DNA of 64,000 nucleotides from an uncultured Lentisphaerales bacterium (GCA_943788985.1 CALSSJ010000005.1:64001-128000); one strand, 5' to 3'. Positions 12,075 to 22,326 are shown, counted from the first letter of the stretch. The notes: generated by a model not told the origin, from the letters alone. Numbers and translations are program-made.

Positions 12075-12960
12075 AAGGTATTGTCCTTGCCGGCGGCCTC
12101 GGCACACGGCTTTTTCCGCTGACTCGCGTGATGAGTAAGCAACTGTTGCCGGTTTACGACAAGCCGATGATCTACTATCCCTTGTCGACGCTGATGCTGG
12201 CCGGCATCCGCGATATCCTGGTGATCACAACGCCACAGGATGCGCCGGCGTTTGAAGCGTTGCTGGGACATGCATCGGCATGGGGTATCAACCTGAGCTT
12301 TGCCCGGCAGCCTCGTCCGGATGGCCTGGCCCAGGCCTTTCTGATCGGGGAGGAGTTTATCGATGGCAATGGCTGCGCTCTCGTCCTCGGCGACAACATC
12401 TTCTACGGCCACGGGCTGAGCGTGATCCTGCTGCCGGACTGCTGACGGCGCGATGGCGATGGCGCCACCGTCTTCGGCCATGCATGTGCCCTGATCCCGA
12501 GCGTTACGGCGTGGTTGCCTTTGATGAGTGGTGGCCGCGGCTGTCATCGCATCGAAGAGAAGCCAGTGGCAAGCCGAAGTCCCACTATGCCGTGACGGGG
12601 CTTTACTTCTACGACAACCAGGTGGTCGACATTGCCAAGGCTGTGAAACCATCACCGCGCGGCGAGCTGGAGATCACCGATGTGAACCGGAAGTACATGG
12701 AATGGAATGAGCTGGATGTTGTGAGGCTGTCCCGTGGCATGGCCTGGTTGGATACCGGTACCCCGGCATCCTTGCACGACGCATCCGCCTTTATCGAGAC
12801 CATTGAGCGCAGACAAGGGCTTAAGATCTCCTGTATCGAAGAGATTGCGTACCGCATGGGCTTTATTGACTTGGAGCAGCTTGCGAAGGTTGCAGAGCCA
12901 CTTGCCAAGAGCGACTACGGGCATTACCTGCTGGAAATCATTCGCACCGAATCATGCTAA
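12071..12960 (+). CDS. rfbA: Glucose-1-phosphate thymidylyltransferase, split by indels near 12420-12570 (probable sequence errors)
   Basis: [28 protein letters not shown] in one frame; PERYGVV and [25 protein letters not shown] in another; IEEKP in a shifted frame. Confidence 0.9.
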
Positions 12961-13511
12961 TCGAAGAGACCTCTCTCCCTGGCGTACTACACCTGACGCC
13001 GCGTGTGTTTGGCGATGACCGTGGTTATTTCGTCGAGACCTATTCGCAGAGCAAGCTGGCTGCCGCCGGCATGGATGCCACGTTCGTGCAGGATAATGAA
13101 TCCAGTTCGCAGCCGGGCGTGGTACGCGGCCTGCACTACCAACACCCGAATGATCAAGGCAAACTCGTGCGTGTGATCAGCGGTGCCATTTTAGATGTGG
13201 CCGTGGACATCCGGCCTGGCTCGCCGACCTTCGGGCAGTGGCTCGGTTACGAGCTATCCGGGACGAACAAGCAGCAGCTTTGGGTGCCGCCCGGCTTCGC
13301 CCACGGCTTTTCGGTGCTTGGCGACGAGAGCGCCGTGATCGCCTATAAATGTACTGCTTTTTACGCACCGGACTGCGAGCACACCATCGCCTGGGATGAT
13401 CCCCAGCTTGGTGTGGACTGGCGGGTGAAAACGCCGATCCTGTCGGACAAGGACCAGTCAGGGATCTGCCTGCGCGATTTACCAAAGAGTGATCTCCCCC
13501 CCTATGGCTGA
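12954..13511 (+). CDS. rfbC: dTDP-4-dehydrorhamnose 3,5-epimerase
   Basis: [35 protein letters not shown]. Confidence 0.97.
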   Translation: MLIEETSLPGVLHLTPRVFGDDRGYFVETYSQSKLAAAGMDATFVQDNESSSQPGVVRGLHYQHPNDQGKLVRVISGAILDVAVDIRPGSPTFGQWLGYELSGTNKQQLWVPPGFAHGFSVLGDESAVIAYKCTAFYAPDCEHTIAWDDPQLGVDWRVKTPILSDKDQSGICLRDLPKSDLPPYG

Positions 13512-14385
13512 GATTCTGCTGACCGGCGCCAACGGGCAACTCGGCTGGGAGCTGCGCCGCCTCATGACTGCAGACCAGTGCGTGGCATTTACATCCGCGG
13601 AGCTGGACATTACGGACGAGGCTGCGGTCGCCGCCATGGTCGCCGCCGTGGCACCTCGCGTGATTATAAACGCAGCGGCATACACAAACGTGGACGGGGC
13701 GGAGTCTGATGCAGAGGCCGCTAAACGCGTAAATACGAACGGGCCAGAGTATCTCGCCTGTGCCGCCGCGCGCATCAATGCCTTGCTCATTCACGTCTCC
13801 ACAGACTTCGTGTTCAACGGCGATGGCATCAGGCCGCTGCGCCCAGACGATCCGGTCGCCCCTCAGGGCGTATACGCGAGGACCAAACTGGACGGTGAGC
13901 GCCGCGTCCGTGAGTCCGGCGCGCGCTATGTCATTCTGCGTACGGCTTGGGTCTACAGCACACATGGTCGAAACTTCGTCAAGACCATGCTGCGCCTTGG
14001 CGCTGAGCGGGAGCAGCTGCGCGTGGTGGCTGATCAGCTAGGCTCGCCCACCTATGCCGCGGATCTAGCAGCAGCAATCCTGGGCGTTGCGGAGTTCGCA
14101 AATCCGCCATCAGGCGTCTGGCACTGCACCAATTCTGGGCAGGCCAGCTGGTGCGAGTTTGCCCAGGAGATCATACGGCTAGGCGGCAAGCAGCAGCCAC
14201 TAAAGGTGCGCTCGGTCGAGCCAATCTCCAGCTCGGCCTATCCGACTCCAGCAGTTCGTCCCACATATTCTGTCCTGGACTGTGCCAGCCTGGCAGCAGA
14301 TTTTGGGGTAATCATGAGACCATGGCAGGAAGCTCTCGAGGCAGCGTTCTCTTGTCAGGATGAGCCGTTTGCGAACTCGGCATAG
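13504..14385 (+). CDS. rfbD: dTDP-4-dehydrorhamnose reductase
   Basis: LTGANGQLG, NAAAYTNVD, STDFVF, YARTK, DQLGSPT. Confidence 0.97.
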   Translation: MAEILLTGANGQLGWELRRLMTADQCVAFTSAELDITDEAAVAAMVAAVAPRVIINAAAYTNVDGAESDAEAAKRVNTNGPEYLACAAARINALLIHVSTDFVFNGDGIRPLRPDDPVAPQGVYARTKLDGERRVRESGARYVILRTAWVYSTHGRNFVKTMLRLGAEREQLRVVADQLGSPTYAADLAAAILGVAEFANPPSGVWHCTNSGQASWCEFAQEIIRLGGKQQPLKVRSVEPISSSAYPTPAVRPTYSVLDCASLAADFGVIMRPWQEALEAAFSCQDEPFANSA

Positions 14386-15217
14386 CGTCGAAATATCGGT
14401 CGTTATCCCGACGTTCAACCGTGCCCAGACATTGGGCCGTGCCCTGAAGTCGGTGCTGACCCAGGATGAGCCCGCGGATGAGCTTATCGTGGTGGACGAT
14501 GGCAGTACCGATGAGACCGCCGTGCTGCTGGCGCAGGAGTATCCGCAGGTGAGGGTGATTCGGCAAGAGAATCAAGGCGTGAGCGCGGCCCGAAACACTG
14601 GGATTGGGGCTGCGGCCCACCCTTGGCTCGCCTTCTTGGATTCCGATGATGAGTGGCTGCCGAGTAAGCTGGCGGTGCAACGTCGTGCGCTTGCGGAGCA
14701 CCCGGAGCTACGGTTCTGCCATGCCGACGAGATTTGGATCCGGAACGGAAAACGGGTAAACCCGATGAAAAAGCACGCGAAACAAGGCGGCTGGATTTAC
14801 GATCAGTGCTTGGCCCTGTGCTGCATCTCTCCGTCGGCTGTGGTGATGCACCGTAGTATTTTCGAAGAAGTCGGGTTGTTTGACGTCTCCTTGCCAGCAG
14901 CGGAGGACTACGATCTCTGGCTGCGGCTGTGCGCCAGATACGAAGTCTTGTTTGTGAGTGAGAAATTGCTGACCCGCTATGGCGGGCATCAAGATCAGCT
15001 GTCGCAGAAGTATTGGGGCATGGATCGGTTCCGCGTGGTGGCGCTTAGCAAGATGTTGCGGAGTTCGCAACTCCCGGAAACACAGCGCTGCGCGACGGTG
15101 GAGATGCTGTGTAGGAAGCTGCGGGTGTTAAACAATGGTGCCCGTAAGCGTGAGAACTGTGAGTTGGCGTCTGAGTGCCGGAAAATGGCAGCTGAGTTTG
15201 GCATTTCACTTGCGTAG
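14360..15217 (+). CDS. Glycosyltransferase family 2
   Basis: ISVVIPTFNR, VVDDGSTD, FLDSDD, EDYDLWLR. Confidence 0.95.
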   Translation: MSRLRTRHSVEISVVIPTFNRAQTLGRALKSVLTQDEPADELIVVDDGSTDETAVLLAQEYPQVRVIRQENQGVSAARNTGIGAAAHPWLAFLDSDDEWLPSKLAVQRRALAEHPELRFCHADEIWIRNGKRVNPMKKHAKQGGWIYDQCLALCCISPSAVVMHRSIFEEVGLFDVSLPAAEDYDLWLRLCARYEVLFVSEKLLTRYGGHQDQLSQKYWGMDRFRVVALSKMLRSSQLPETQRCATVEMLCRKLRVLNNGARKRENCELASECRKMAAEFGISLA

Positions 15218-15272
15218 CGCGACGCTCACGGCACAGTGCGAGTGGTCGTTACCGTTGGATAATTGAGGAACC

Positions 15273-16925
15273 ATGCGTACGCTGATTATTCTGTGGATTT
15301 CGTCCGTGCTTCCCGCCTGTGGGCTGCAGGTGGAATCTGCGCGCTGGGGATTCAATGGCAAGGTCGTTGCAGAGCGAGTAAATGTGCTCAACGTGCTGGT
15401 GTATAATGATACAGGGCAGGCCAGTAACGGGGATTTGCAGCTCGTCCAGACTAGTGGCATTGGGCGAATCGACGCGATTTTAGCTCGGGCTGACTACTTG
15501 GGGCCTGGCCAGCGCCGCTGGGTGCAATTCACTCCTTACGTAGGTACTCATTCCAGTGGCAATTGGCAGCTGCGCTGGGGCCGCGACGGCCGCGATCGCC
15601 ACCAACTGTCCGCGCCGGATGTTGGCGCTCGCGCAGTCGTGGTGCTGCAGCCACGCGCCGTGCAGCCTGGGCGACGGAAATTGCCCGGCTATGCGGAGAA
15701 TCTGTTTCCTCCGACTGTGTGTGCGACCGATGCGCTCGCTGGGGTTGTTCTTGGTCATATGCCAGAGTGGGAGCCGACGAGAGAAGCCGCCTTTCTGGAT
15801 TGGCTGTTCCGTGGCGGCGTGGTCCACCTAGCGGAGACTGATGGCGGTGTTCCGCTTCGCTTCGAAGGGGCGCTGGCCTTGCTGAATCAACCCGGCGCAC
15901 GCTTTCGGCATGGTAATGGGCACATCGTGCGACATCGAGTTCGTGTGAGTGAACTTACACCGGCATTGCTTGCCGCCTCTGGGTTCCGGATTCCCGGAAC
16001 GTCGCAGCAACCGCTAAAGCAAAACTATAGCATGAGGAACAGCTCACAAAATCTGTTCCGGCTCCTTGGCAGTTGTGTGAGCCCACAGCACAACTGGACC
16101 CTGATCTACATCTTGGCAGGGTTATACCTGATCTTGATTGCTCCGGTAAATTATCTAATTGGGCGCAAGGCGAAGCGCCATTGGTTGTCCTTGGGCTTCT
16201 TTCTTGCTGTGGTCACGGTCTTTTCGATCATCATGAGCGTGATTGGCAGGAAGGGATATGGCACGGAAAGCCGCACATTCGCCGTGGGGTACGCGCGCGA
16301 TCTGGGCAATGGTCGGGCCGACGTGACCCAGTGGGCGACCGCGTTCGTCGCCAAGCGCAATCGCTACAAGATCGTATCAGATGCCCAACAGAGCATCCTC
16401 TCCGCGGCCCAGCCGAACGAGTCGGTAGACGGGGTGATTCGCAATGGGCCTAAGGCGGAGTTTGACGTCGAGATTCCGGTATACTCCAAACGTCAGTTTC
16501 TACATCGTGGGGTCTGGGAGCTTGCGACACCTGTGGTGAGCGTTCAGGGCGGTACCTATACGGTGAAAAGCGACCTTGAGCTTCTGGACGTAATACTGTG
16601 GCAAGGGGGAAAACTGCAGAGGACCAGTAAAAATGGTAACATTTTTTCCGGCGCACGCGCGATCGATTACTACGGTCACACTCGAATCGCTAACGGCAAA
16701 GACGTGACCGAGATTCCGCACTTGGAGCTTTTAGCGGTAGCGGTGGACGGGCTTGAAATCTCTGGCCAGAGAGAGGAACTTCCGCCGCTTACGGATGGGC
16801 AGCAGCATGTATTCGTCTCGGTCCTGGCGCCTGATTCGTTGTCGCCGGCGCGGACGTTCGGGGACTATCGCGGGGTGATCACATTTCACTGTATTGCACA
16901 GGTAGCCGGGGACGTAGAGGAGTAA
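15273..16925 (+). CDS. Secreted/membrane protein of unknown function, co-transcribed with an ABC ATPase
   Basis: Signal peptide-like N-terminus and two central TM helices (YLILIAPVNYLI); 3 bp gap to the next gene. Confidence 0.7.
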   Translation: MRTLIILWISSVLPACGLQVESARWGFNGKVVAERVNVLNVLVYNDTGQASNGDLQLVQTSGIGRIDAILARADYLGPGQRRWVQFTPYVGTHSSGNWQLRWGRDGRDRHQLSAPDVGARAVVVLQPRAVQPGRRKLPGYAENLFPPTVCATDALAGVVLGHMPEWEPTREAAFLDWLFRGGVVHLAETDGGVPLRFEGALALLNQPGARFRHGNGHIVRHRVRVSELTPALLAASGFRIPGTSQQPLKQNYSMRNSSQNLFRLLGSCVSPQHNWTLIYILAGLYLILIAPVNYLIGRKAKRHWLSLGFFLAVVTVFSIIMSVIGRKGYGTESRTFAVGYARDLGNGRADVTQWATAFVAKRNRYKIVSDAQQSILSAAQPNESVDGVIRNGPKAEFDVEIPVYSKRQFLHRGVWELATPVVSVQGGTYTVKSDLELLDVILWQGGKLQRTSKNGNIFSGARAIDYYGHTRIANGKDVTEIPHLELLAVAVDGLEISGQREELPPLTDGQQHVFVSVLAPDSLSPARTFGDYRGVITFHCIAQVAGDVEE

Positions 16926-16928
16926 CGG

Positions 16929-17894
16929 ATGACGGAAATGGGCGAAAACAGGAAACTTGCGATTGAGGTCCATGACCTTCGGCATTCCTACAAGAAGCAC
17001 CAGGCGCTCTCCGGGGTTTCCTTTCAGATCCATGAGGGCTCTGTGCATGGCTTTGTCGGGCCCAATGGCGCTGGCAAAACCACCACCCTAAAAATCTTGG
17101 CGACGCTGCTGAAACCGCAGCATGGCAGCGTGCGCGTGTTTGGGCATGACGTGGTTCAGGACTGCAAGCAGGTGCGCCGCATCATTGGCTTCATGCCCGA
17201 CCATTTTAGTATGTATCGGCAGATGACTGTGTTCGAGTACCTGGATTTTTTCGGCGCTGCGTATGGGCTGAATATGGATCAGCGTAACGCGGTGATTAAG
17301 GATGTGCTTGAGTTGACGGACATGTACGAGCGGCGGGATGATCTGATCAAGGGACTGTCTCGCGGTATGGAGCAGCGTGTGAGCCTAGCTCGCGTTCTGG
17401 TGCATGACCCGAAGGTGCTGTTTTTGGATGAGCCGGCATCTGGGCTCGATCCGCGCGCCCGGATCGAGTTGATGGACATCCTCACGACTTTGCGCGAAAT
17501 GGGGAAAACTGTCTTCATCAGTTCCCACATTCTCAGCGAGCTTGGCGACCTGTGCGACAGCTTCACGATCATTGATCGCGGTGAAACCAAGTTCTGCGGT
17601 CCTCGTGCTGGCCTGCGGGCACTCCGTGGGAATGCGACCTATATTTTGGAGGCGACAGGGCACGCCGACGAGATCAGGGAACAGCTTGAGGCACTCGAAG
17701 GGATCGATTCGGTTAAGGTCTTGGAGAACCACGCGCAGTTTCGGATTCGCTTTGACGATCGATCGGCGGACACGAATGCGATCCTGAGTACAGCGATTGC
17801 CGCTGGCGCGACCATTGTCAGCTTTGCGCCAGACGCTGCCGAACTACAACGCGCGTTTATGGACCTTACCAGCCCGGGTGTGCGCGAGAGTTGA
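16929..17894 (+). CDS. ABC-2 type transporter ATP-binding protein
   Basis: GPNGAGKTT, LSRGM, LFLDEP, SSH. Confidence 0.95.
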   Translation: MTEMGENRKLAIEVHDLRHSYKKHQALSGVSFQIHEGSVHGFVGPNGAGKTTTLKILATLLKPQHGSVRVFGHDVVQDCKQVRRIIGFMPDHFSMYRQMTVFEYLDFFGAAYGLNMDQRNAVIKDVLELTDMYERRDDLIKGLSRGMEQRVSLARVLVHDPKVLFLDEPASGLDPRARIELMDILTTLREMGKTVFISSHILSELGDLCDSFTIIDRGETKFCGPRAGLRALRGNATYILEATGHADEIREQLEALEGIDSVKVLENHAQFRIRFDDRSADTNAILSTAIAAGATIVSFAPDAAELQRAFMDLTSPGVRES

Positions 17895-18058
17895 GCCGCC
17901 GACGAATAATGGAGCGCAGCTCCTCGCCTAGTCCTCTTTGCGCACATCCAATTCGGGCGTATTTCCCACTACGGCCAGCTCTCCGTCAAAAACGCTGAGA
18001 AGCTGCTCCAGGCGATTTCGGCGCTGGACAACAGCGACTCCATCCCTACTGGCAGTAT

Positions 18059-18222
18059 GCTTTTCTGAGTTGCGGCGACCTGCGCGAAGGCTTCGCCCGG
18101 GTGCGCTGCCCAGATTGTGGCCACAGCCTGTTCGTCGCATTTTCCTGTAAGCAGCGCGGCATCTGCCCAAGCTGCCATCAAAAACGTATGCTGGTCACCG
18201 CCATCAATATCGCAGAGAACGT
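18059..18222 (+). mobile_element. IS91/ISCR-family rolling-circle transposase fragment (zinc-binding domain only)
   Basis: A frame missing from the ORF track reads AFLSCGDLREGFARVRCPDCGHSLFVAFSCKQRGICPSCHQKRMLVTAINIAENV. This is the C..CxxC..SCK.R..CPSC signature of the IS91 Zn domain. It stops shortly after, with no HUH/Y2 domain. Confidence 0.85.
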
Positions 18223-18234
18223 CGCAGACCCTCA

Positions 18235-18551
18235 AACGAGATGTACCGGATCTCGGTGAAGACTGGATCTTGCTTGGAAAGAACAAGGCATTCGCCATGG
18301 ACGTCCTTGGTGATCGGGGCTTGGCTGATTTGCTAAGACATGCACCAAATGAATTCAGAATAATTGTTGGCGGACGAAGTGTGAAGGTATTGGCGGGATT
18401 TTCTTGCAGTCATGCGGAGACTGATACGCCATCGGATGTTTTCATTCTCGCTAAAGGAATCGTAACAGAAACACAGAGGTTAGCGTGGATGATCAATGTG
18501 GCGCGGGCCATATTAAATGCCTTGCACAAAGCCAACTGCATTGAGCCGTAA
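18235..18551 (+). pseudogene. 3' remnant of a probable cassette ORF, truncated next to the IS91 fragment
   Basis: Lower-GC open frame ending just before an attC-like site; no credible start codon. Confidence 0.4.
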
Positions 18552-18567
18552 GAAAGTCAGGCAAGGT

Positions 18568-18660
18568 AGGTAACAATCGCATTGAGCATACTCTTCAAAC
18601 TGCGCTTCGCGCGCAAACGTGCTAGGCTCCAGTCAAAACGACTCAAGTTCGTAGTTCGGC
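18568..18660 (+). other. Integron attC-like site 1
   Basis: R'' AGGTAAC and R' GTTCGGC; inner TTGAG/CTCAA L boxes; follows a stop codon and precedes a start codon by 7 bp. Confidence 0.7.
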
Positions 18661-18667
18661 GAAAGAA

Positions 18668-19129
18668 ATGAAAAAAGAAACTAAGAGAATCATCTTTGCC
18701 TTCGCTCTAGCGCCGCTCGCAGTGATCTTAGTTAACACTGGCTTCTCGGTATATTTTTTCATCGAGTCCTTTTTTGAGCCTCCACCTTCTCCAGATGCTC
18801 TTGTTTGGCCAGACCCGAAAAAGCCGTGGGAGTTCGTCTTTTTGTTTTCGCTCTATGGTGTTCCGATTGCACATCTTACATTGCCCATTATCTGGTATCC
18901 GCTTTACGGGTTATTAAAAACAAGAAAGAAAGTGAATAGCATCAGCATTATCTTGCTTGCTGCCGCCTGCTCAATACCGGCCATTGTCTTCTTTGGTCGA
19001 CCACATTCGTTTGGCAGCATCGCAGTTTTTCTTATACCACACGGGCTTGCTGTCTCATTTGCATTCCTCTGGCTATCGGGCCTTAAATTAACCAATCAAG
19101 CCGAACCAGACCCAGTGGGCAACGGCTGA
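18668..19129 (+). CDS. Hypothetical membrane protein carried on an integron-type gene cassette
   Basis: AT-richer ORF with about 4 TM segments, bounded by GTTCGGC upstream and the complementary GCCGAAC at its 3' end. Confidence 0.75.
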   Translation: MKKETKRIIFAFALAPLAVILVNTGFSVYFFIESFFEPPPSPDALVWPDPKKPWEFVFLFSLYGVPIAHLTLPIIWYPLYGLLKTRKKVNSISIILLAAACSIPAIVFFGRPHSFGSIAVFLIPHGLAVSFAFLWLSGLKLTNQAEPDPVGNG

Positions 19130-19155
19130 GGCCGCGTCCATGCTCTACGTTCGAT
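19100..19155 (+). other. Integron attC-like site 2 (56 bp)
   Basis: R'' GCCGAAC (exact complement of the upstream R' GTTCGGC); GTGGGC/GTCCAT arms; CGGC-TGAG-GCCG hairpin; R' GTTCGAT. Confidence 0.75.
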
Positions 19156-19308
19156 GAGATAAAGACGAAACAGATCTTCGGAAAACTACTGACGATTCTC
19201 GGGTTCAAGCGAAAGAAGCCGACGGCCAAGCCCGGACGCATTGCACGTTGCTGTGAGCATTACACCTTCCCATCCGCTATCGTATCAACATTAGGGGAAA
19301 AGGAATTT

Positions 19309-19479
19309 CCTATCAGTTAGTGGCAGGCGGGCCTCGAGGCTTACCGCCATACTGGCGGGGTCAACTTTTACCAGAATGTCGTCGGGCAGATACTGACGGG
19401 CGTCCCAGGCCATCATGTTGCGGATGGGGTCGTCTGTGAGCGCTTCCAAGCCCCGAAACTGGGCGTTGCGAACTCCGCA
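19309..19479 (-). pseudogene. asnB: Internal fragment of an asparagine synthase (glutamine-hydrolysing) family gene
   Basis: Minus strand reads ...[36 protein letters not shown], matching the Asn[23 protein letters not shown] motif; flanking sequence is unrelated. Confidence 0.8.
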
Positions 19480-19495
19480 AATCAGTTATCAGTTG

Positions 19496-20317
19496 CTAAA
19501 GTCCGAATACCTTGCCCTTTTCGATCATCTCTGAGACGTTGTCTGGGGTCACCAGTAGATAGCGCGAGTCGAAGGCAGCTTGGGGATCTTTGGGAAGCTC
19601 TTCGCCGTAGGATCCGGTCGGATTCACGGCCATGGCTGCCACGATGGTCCCATTCTTGATATCGTCCCCCATTCCCACCAACATCTGGCCCAACATGACC
19701 ACCTTGGCCGGAGAATCTCCCTGCAGGCATTTCAAGGTGCGCCATTCAGCTGGGGGAGCACCGAGAAAGATGATCATCGTTGTGGTTGGGTACTTCGCCA
19801 CAGCTTCTTCGTATTGGGCGAATGAAGGTGACATCGCCGCGGCAATCTCTTCGATTGTTGGCTTCTTGTCCAGGCCTGTGGCCACGACAGTGAAGTCCTC
19901 CACATGGAGTATCTCAACCTTCCCGTCCAAGGCAGCAATCAGTACTCCTCCAGGCGCGGCTCCCAACAGAGCTTCCCTCATGCCTGCTCCTTTTACCTGC
20001 GTCATCTGGCGGATGGGACCGCTCGGGTCAAACACGACTGCTTTGCTGTCTGGATGTGTGGTTTGCAGATAGTCTGCGATATACTGGTACGCAACTGTAC
20101 GGGCTTTAGCTTCGCGTTGGGTCAATTCTTGCATTTCTTCTATTCCGGCGCTGGCTGCTCGCTTCATCCCAAAAACACCACCAATAATGAGCAACATCAT
20201 GCCCAGTCCCGCTAGGCCCAGTAGCCAGCCCCAAAGCTGCCGCTTGGCTATCGCGAAATAGAAACCAAGAATGGTACAGGCGACGCAGCCCAAGCAAAAA
20301 ATTACTGCAGCGATCAT
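19496..20317 (-). CDS. Hypothetical membrane-anchored protein
   Basis: 273 aa ORF with two N-terminal TM helices and a soluble alpha/beta domain. Confidence 0.75.
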   Translation of the reverse strand: MIAAVIFCLGCVACTILGFYFAIAKRQLWGWLLGLAGLGMMLLIIGGVFGMKRAASAGIEEMQELTQREAKARTVAYQYIADYLQTTHPDSKAVVFDPSGPIRQMTQVKGAGMREALLGAAPGGVLIAALDGKVEILHVEDFTVVATGLDKKPTIEEIAAAMSPSFAQYEEAVAKYPTTTMIIFLGAPPAEWRTLKCLQGDSPAKVVMLGQMLVGMGDDIKNGTIVAAMAVNPTGSYGEELPKDPQAAFDSRYLLVTPDNVSEMIEKGKVFGL

Positions 20318-20446
20318 GACCGCAACACTAATGCCATTGTGCCCTCCATACTAAATCCCTCTCTTGTGGTATTTTTCCTATGCCTTTCTTAAATTGACTC
20401 CGGTGTTGGAAAGCGCTACCTCAGAAAAAGAATCATGAGCGAAAAA

Positions 20447-20782
20447 TTAACCGCGCTCGTGATCGGTTAATGATTCTCGTTCCGCGGGAAAGCAGCGACG
20501 TATCGGATCGACGATGCGGTCGATGGACATCGCACCGCAGGTAAAGATATCGATCGCGGCATAGCCTTCGGCTGGCCAGGTGTGAACGCTGATGTGTGAC
20601 TCCGCCAGCATCAAAAAGCCGGTGAGGCCCTCGGGTTTAAACTCATGAAATCGGGTATGGAGGATCGTCGCACCAGCCGCTCGTGCACCTTCTTCGAGGC
20701 AGGACTTCCAGGCATCGGCATCATTGAGTGAGGCGCGGTCGGCGACCCAGATGTCGAACAGGATGTGGCGTCGCGCAGCCAT
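20447..20782 (-). CDS. speD: S-adenosylmethionine decarboxylase proenzyme (short SpeD/SpeH type)
   Basis: LAESHISVHTWP self-cleavage motif; DIFTCG. Confidence 0.93.
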   Translation of the reverse strand: MAARRHILFDIWVADRASLNDADAWKSCLEEGARAAGATILHTRFHEFKPEGLTGFLMLAESHISVHTWPAEGYAAIDIFTCGAMSIDRIVDPIRRCFPAERESLTDHERG

Positions 20783-22326
20783 CAGCGCCAGTTCCGCGAG
20801 GCGGCTTCGTAGTAACTCAAGACCGCTGGCCGATCGAGGGTCGAGATGTTCACTTCGATTTTCGCAGTATCGGCCGGAAAACTCAGGCCAGCCTGAAAGG
20901 TGGCGGCGTTCAGAAATTTCACGGGGACCGTCGGCGCATAGTTCTGTGGTTCAAGAGGTGCTTTGGCGGCCAGGACGAACCCCCAGTTGCCGAAGGAGGG
21001 CACTTGAACGTGGAACGGGGTGACCGCCAGGCCAGTCTGACGGATGGTCTCGACAATCGACCAGTAGGCGTGACGGGCAAAGAACGGCGACGTGGCCTGC
21101 ACTGCGATCACGCCGCCCGGCGCCAGACGCCGCTGCAGGAGCTGGTAGAATACGCCGCTGTAGAGTTTGCAGAGCGCTTCGTTGCGGGGATCGGGAAGAT
21201 CACTGAGAATGACGTCATAGTACTCGTTGGTCTCGGCGACATGGTTAAAGGCATCGGCGTTGATGATGGTGACACGCGGGGCTGACAGCGCGTTGTCGTT
21301 TGCCTCGCGAAGCAGATGATGGTCCTGGCCGAGGCGGGTCACGGCGGGGTCGATGTCTACCAGGGTGATCGCTTGGACCGTCTCGTGCTTGAGCACTTGG
21401 CGGACAGCCAGGCCGTCGCCGCCGCCAAGAATGAGGACGCGGCGCGGGCTGGTTGCCAGTGACATGGCCGGATGAACGAGCGCCTCGTGGTAGCGATATT
21501 CATCGAGCAGACTGAATTGGAGCGAGCCATCCAGGAATAGGCGCAGGTCGTTTTTGTAGCGGGTCATGATGATTTTCTGGTACGACGTCTGCTCTGAGTA
21601 GACGATGCGGTCGCTATAGAGGTTGCGCTCGTAGAAGCTGCTGAGACTACTGGCGCGCACCAGGCCTGCGATGAGCAGAACGGCCGCAATTCCAACCAAG
21701 CAGATTGAGCGGCGCCAAGAGGGCAGGCGATCGCGAAACACCGCGACCACCGCACCGGCAACCAGTAGATTCAACAGGCCCGTAGCAAAGGCAGTGCCCA
21801 ACAGTCCGAGCACCGGCAGCAGCACCAGGGGAAACAGCAGTGAGCCGATGAGCGCGCCGAGGTAGTCGACGCTGAGGATGTGGGCAAGGTGATCTTTGAG
21901 CGGGCCTCGCTCGCTGACCAGGCGCGTGAGCAGTGGAATCTCAAGTCCCATGCAGCCGCCAATGATCAGAATGGCTGCGAACATCGCAATGTAAAAGTAG
22001 CTGGTAAAGGCGAAGATACCCATCAGCAAAGCGGCGGCACCGCCGCCGCAGATACCGGTCACGACTTCGACCGTGACGAAGACCCCCAGCACGTCCCGTT
22101 GCACAAAGCGCGACAGGTAGCTGCCGACCCCCATCGCGAAGAGGAACGAGCCGATCGTGATCGAGAAGTGGGTGACGCTGCTCCCCAGTAGATAGGAGGA
22201 AAGCGTCCCGATGATCAGCTCATAGACCAACCCGCAGATCGAGATGACCCACACTGAGACCAGCAACAGCGAAATTTGGCGTCGACTCAGGGGCTCTGGT
22301 TTGGGAGTCTCTGACGGGGTGCTCAT
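20782..22326 (-). CDS. speE: Membrane-bound polyamine aminopropyltransferase (SpeE-like with N-terminal TM domain)
   Basis: About 7 TM helices (CGLVYEL, GLEIPL), then LFLDGSLQFS, YHEALVHP, VLILGGGDG, DLPDP, VPSFGNWGF. Confidence 0.92.
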   Translation of the reverse strand: MSTPSETPKPEPLSRRQISLLLVSVWVISICGLVYELIIGTLSSYLLGSSVTHFSITIGSFLFAMGVGSYLSRFVQRDVLGVFVTVEVVTGICGGGAAALLMGIFAFTSYFYIAMFAAILIIGGCMGLEIPLLTRLVSERGPLKDHLAHILSVDYLGALIGSLLFPLVLLPVLGLLGTAFATGLLNLLVAGAVVAVFRDRLPSWRRSICLVGIAAVLLIAGLVRASSLSSFYERNLYSDRIVYSEQTSYQKIIMTRYKNDLRLFLDGSLQFSLLDEYRYHEALVHPAMSLATSPRRVLILGGGDGLAVRQVLKHETVQAITLVDIDPAVTRLGQDHHLLREANDNALSAPRVTIINADAFNHVAETNEYYDVILSDLPDPRNEALCKLYSGVFYQLLQRRLAPGGVIAVQATSPFFARHAYWSIVETIRQTGLAVTPFHVQVPSFGNWGFVLAAKAPLEPQNYAPTVPVKFLNAATFQAGLSFPADTAKIEVNISTLDRPAVLSYYEAASRNWR

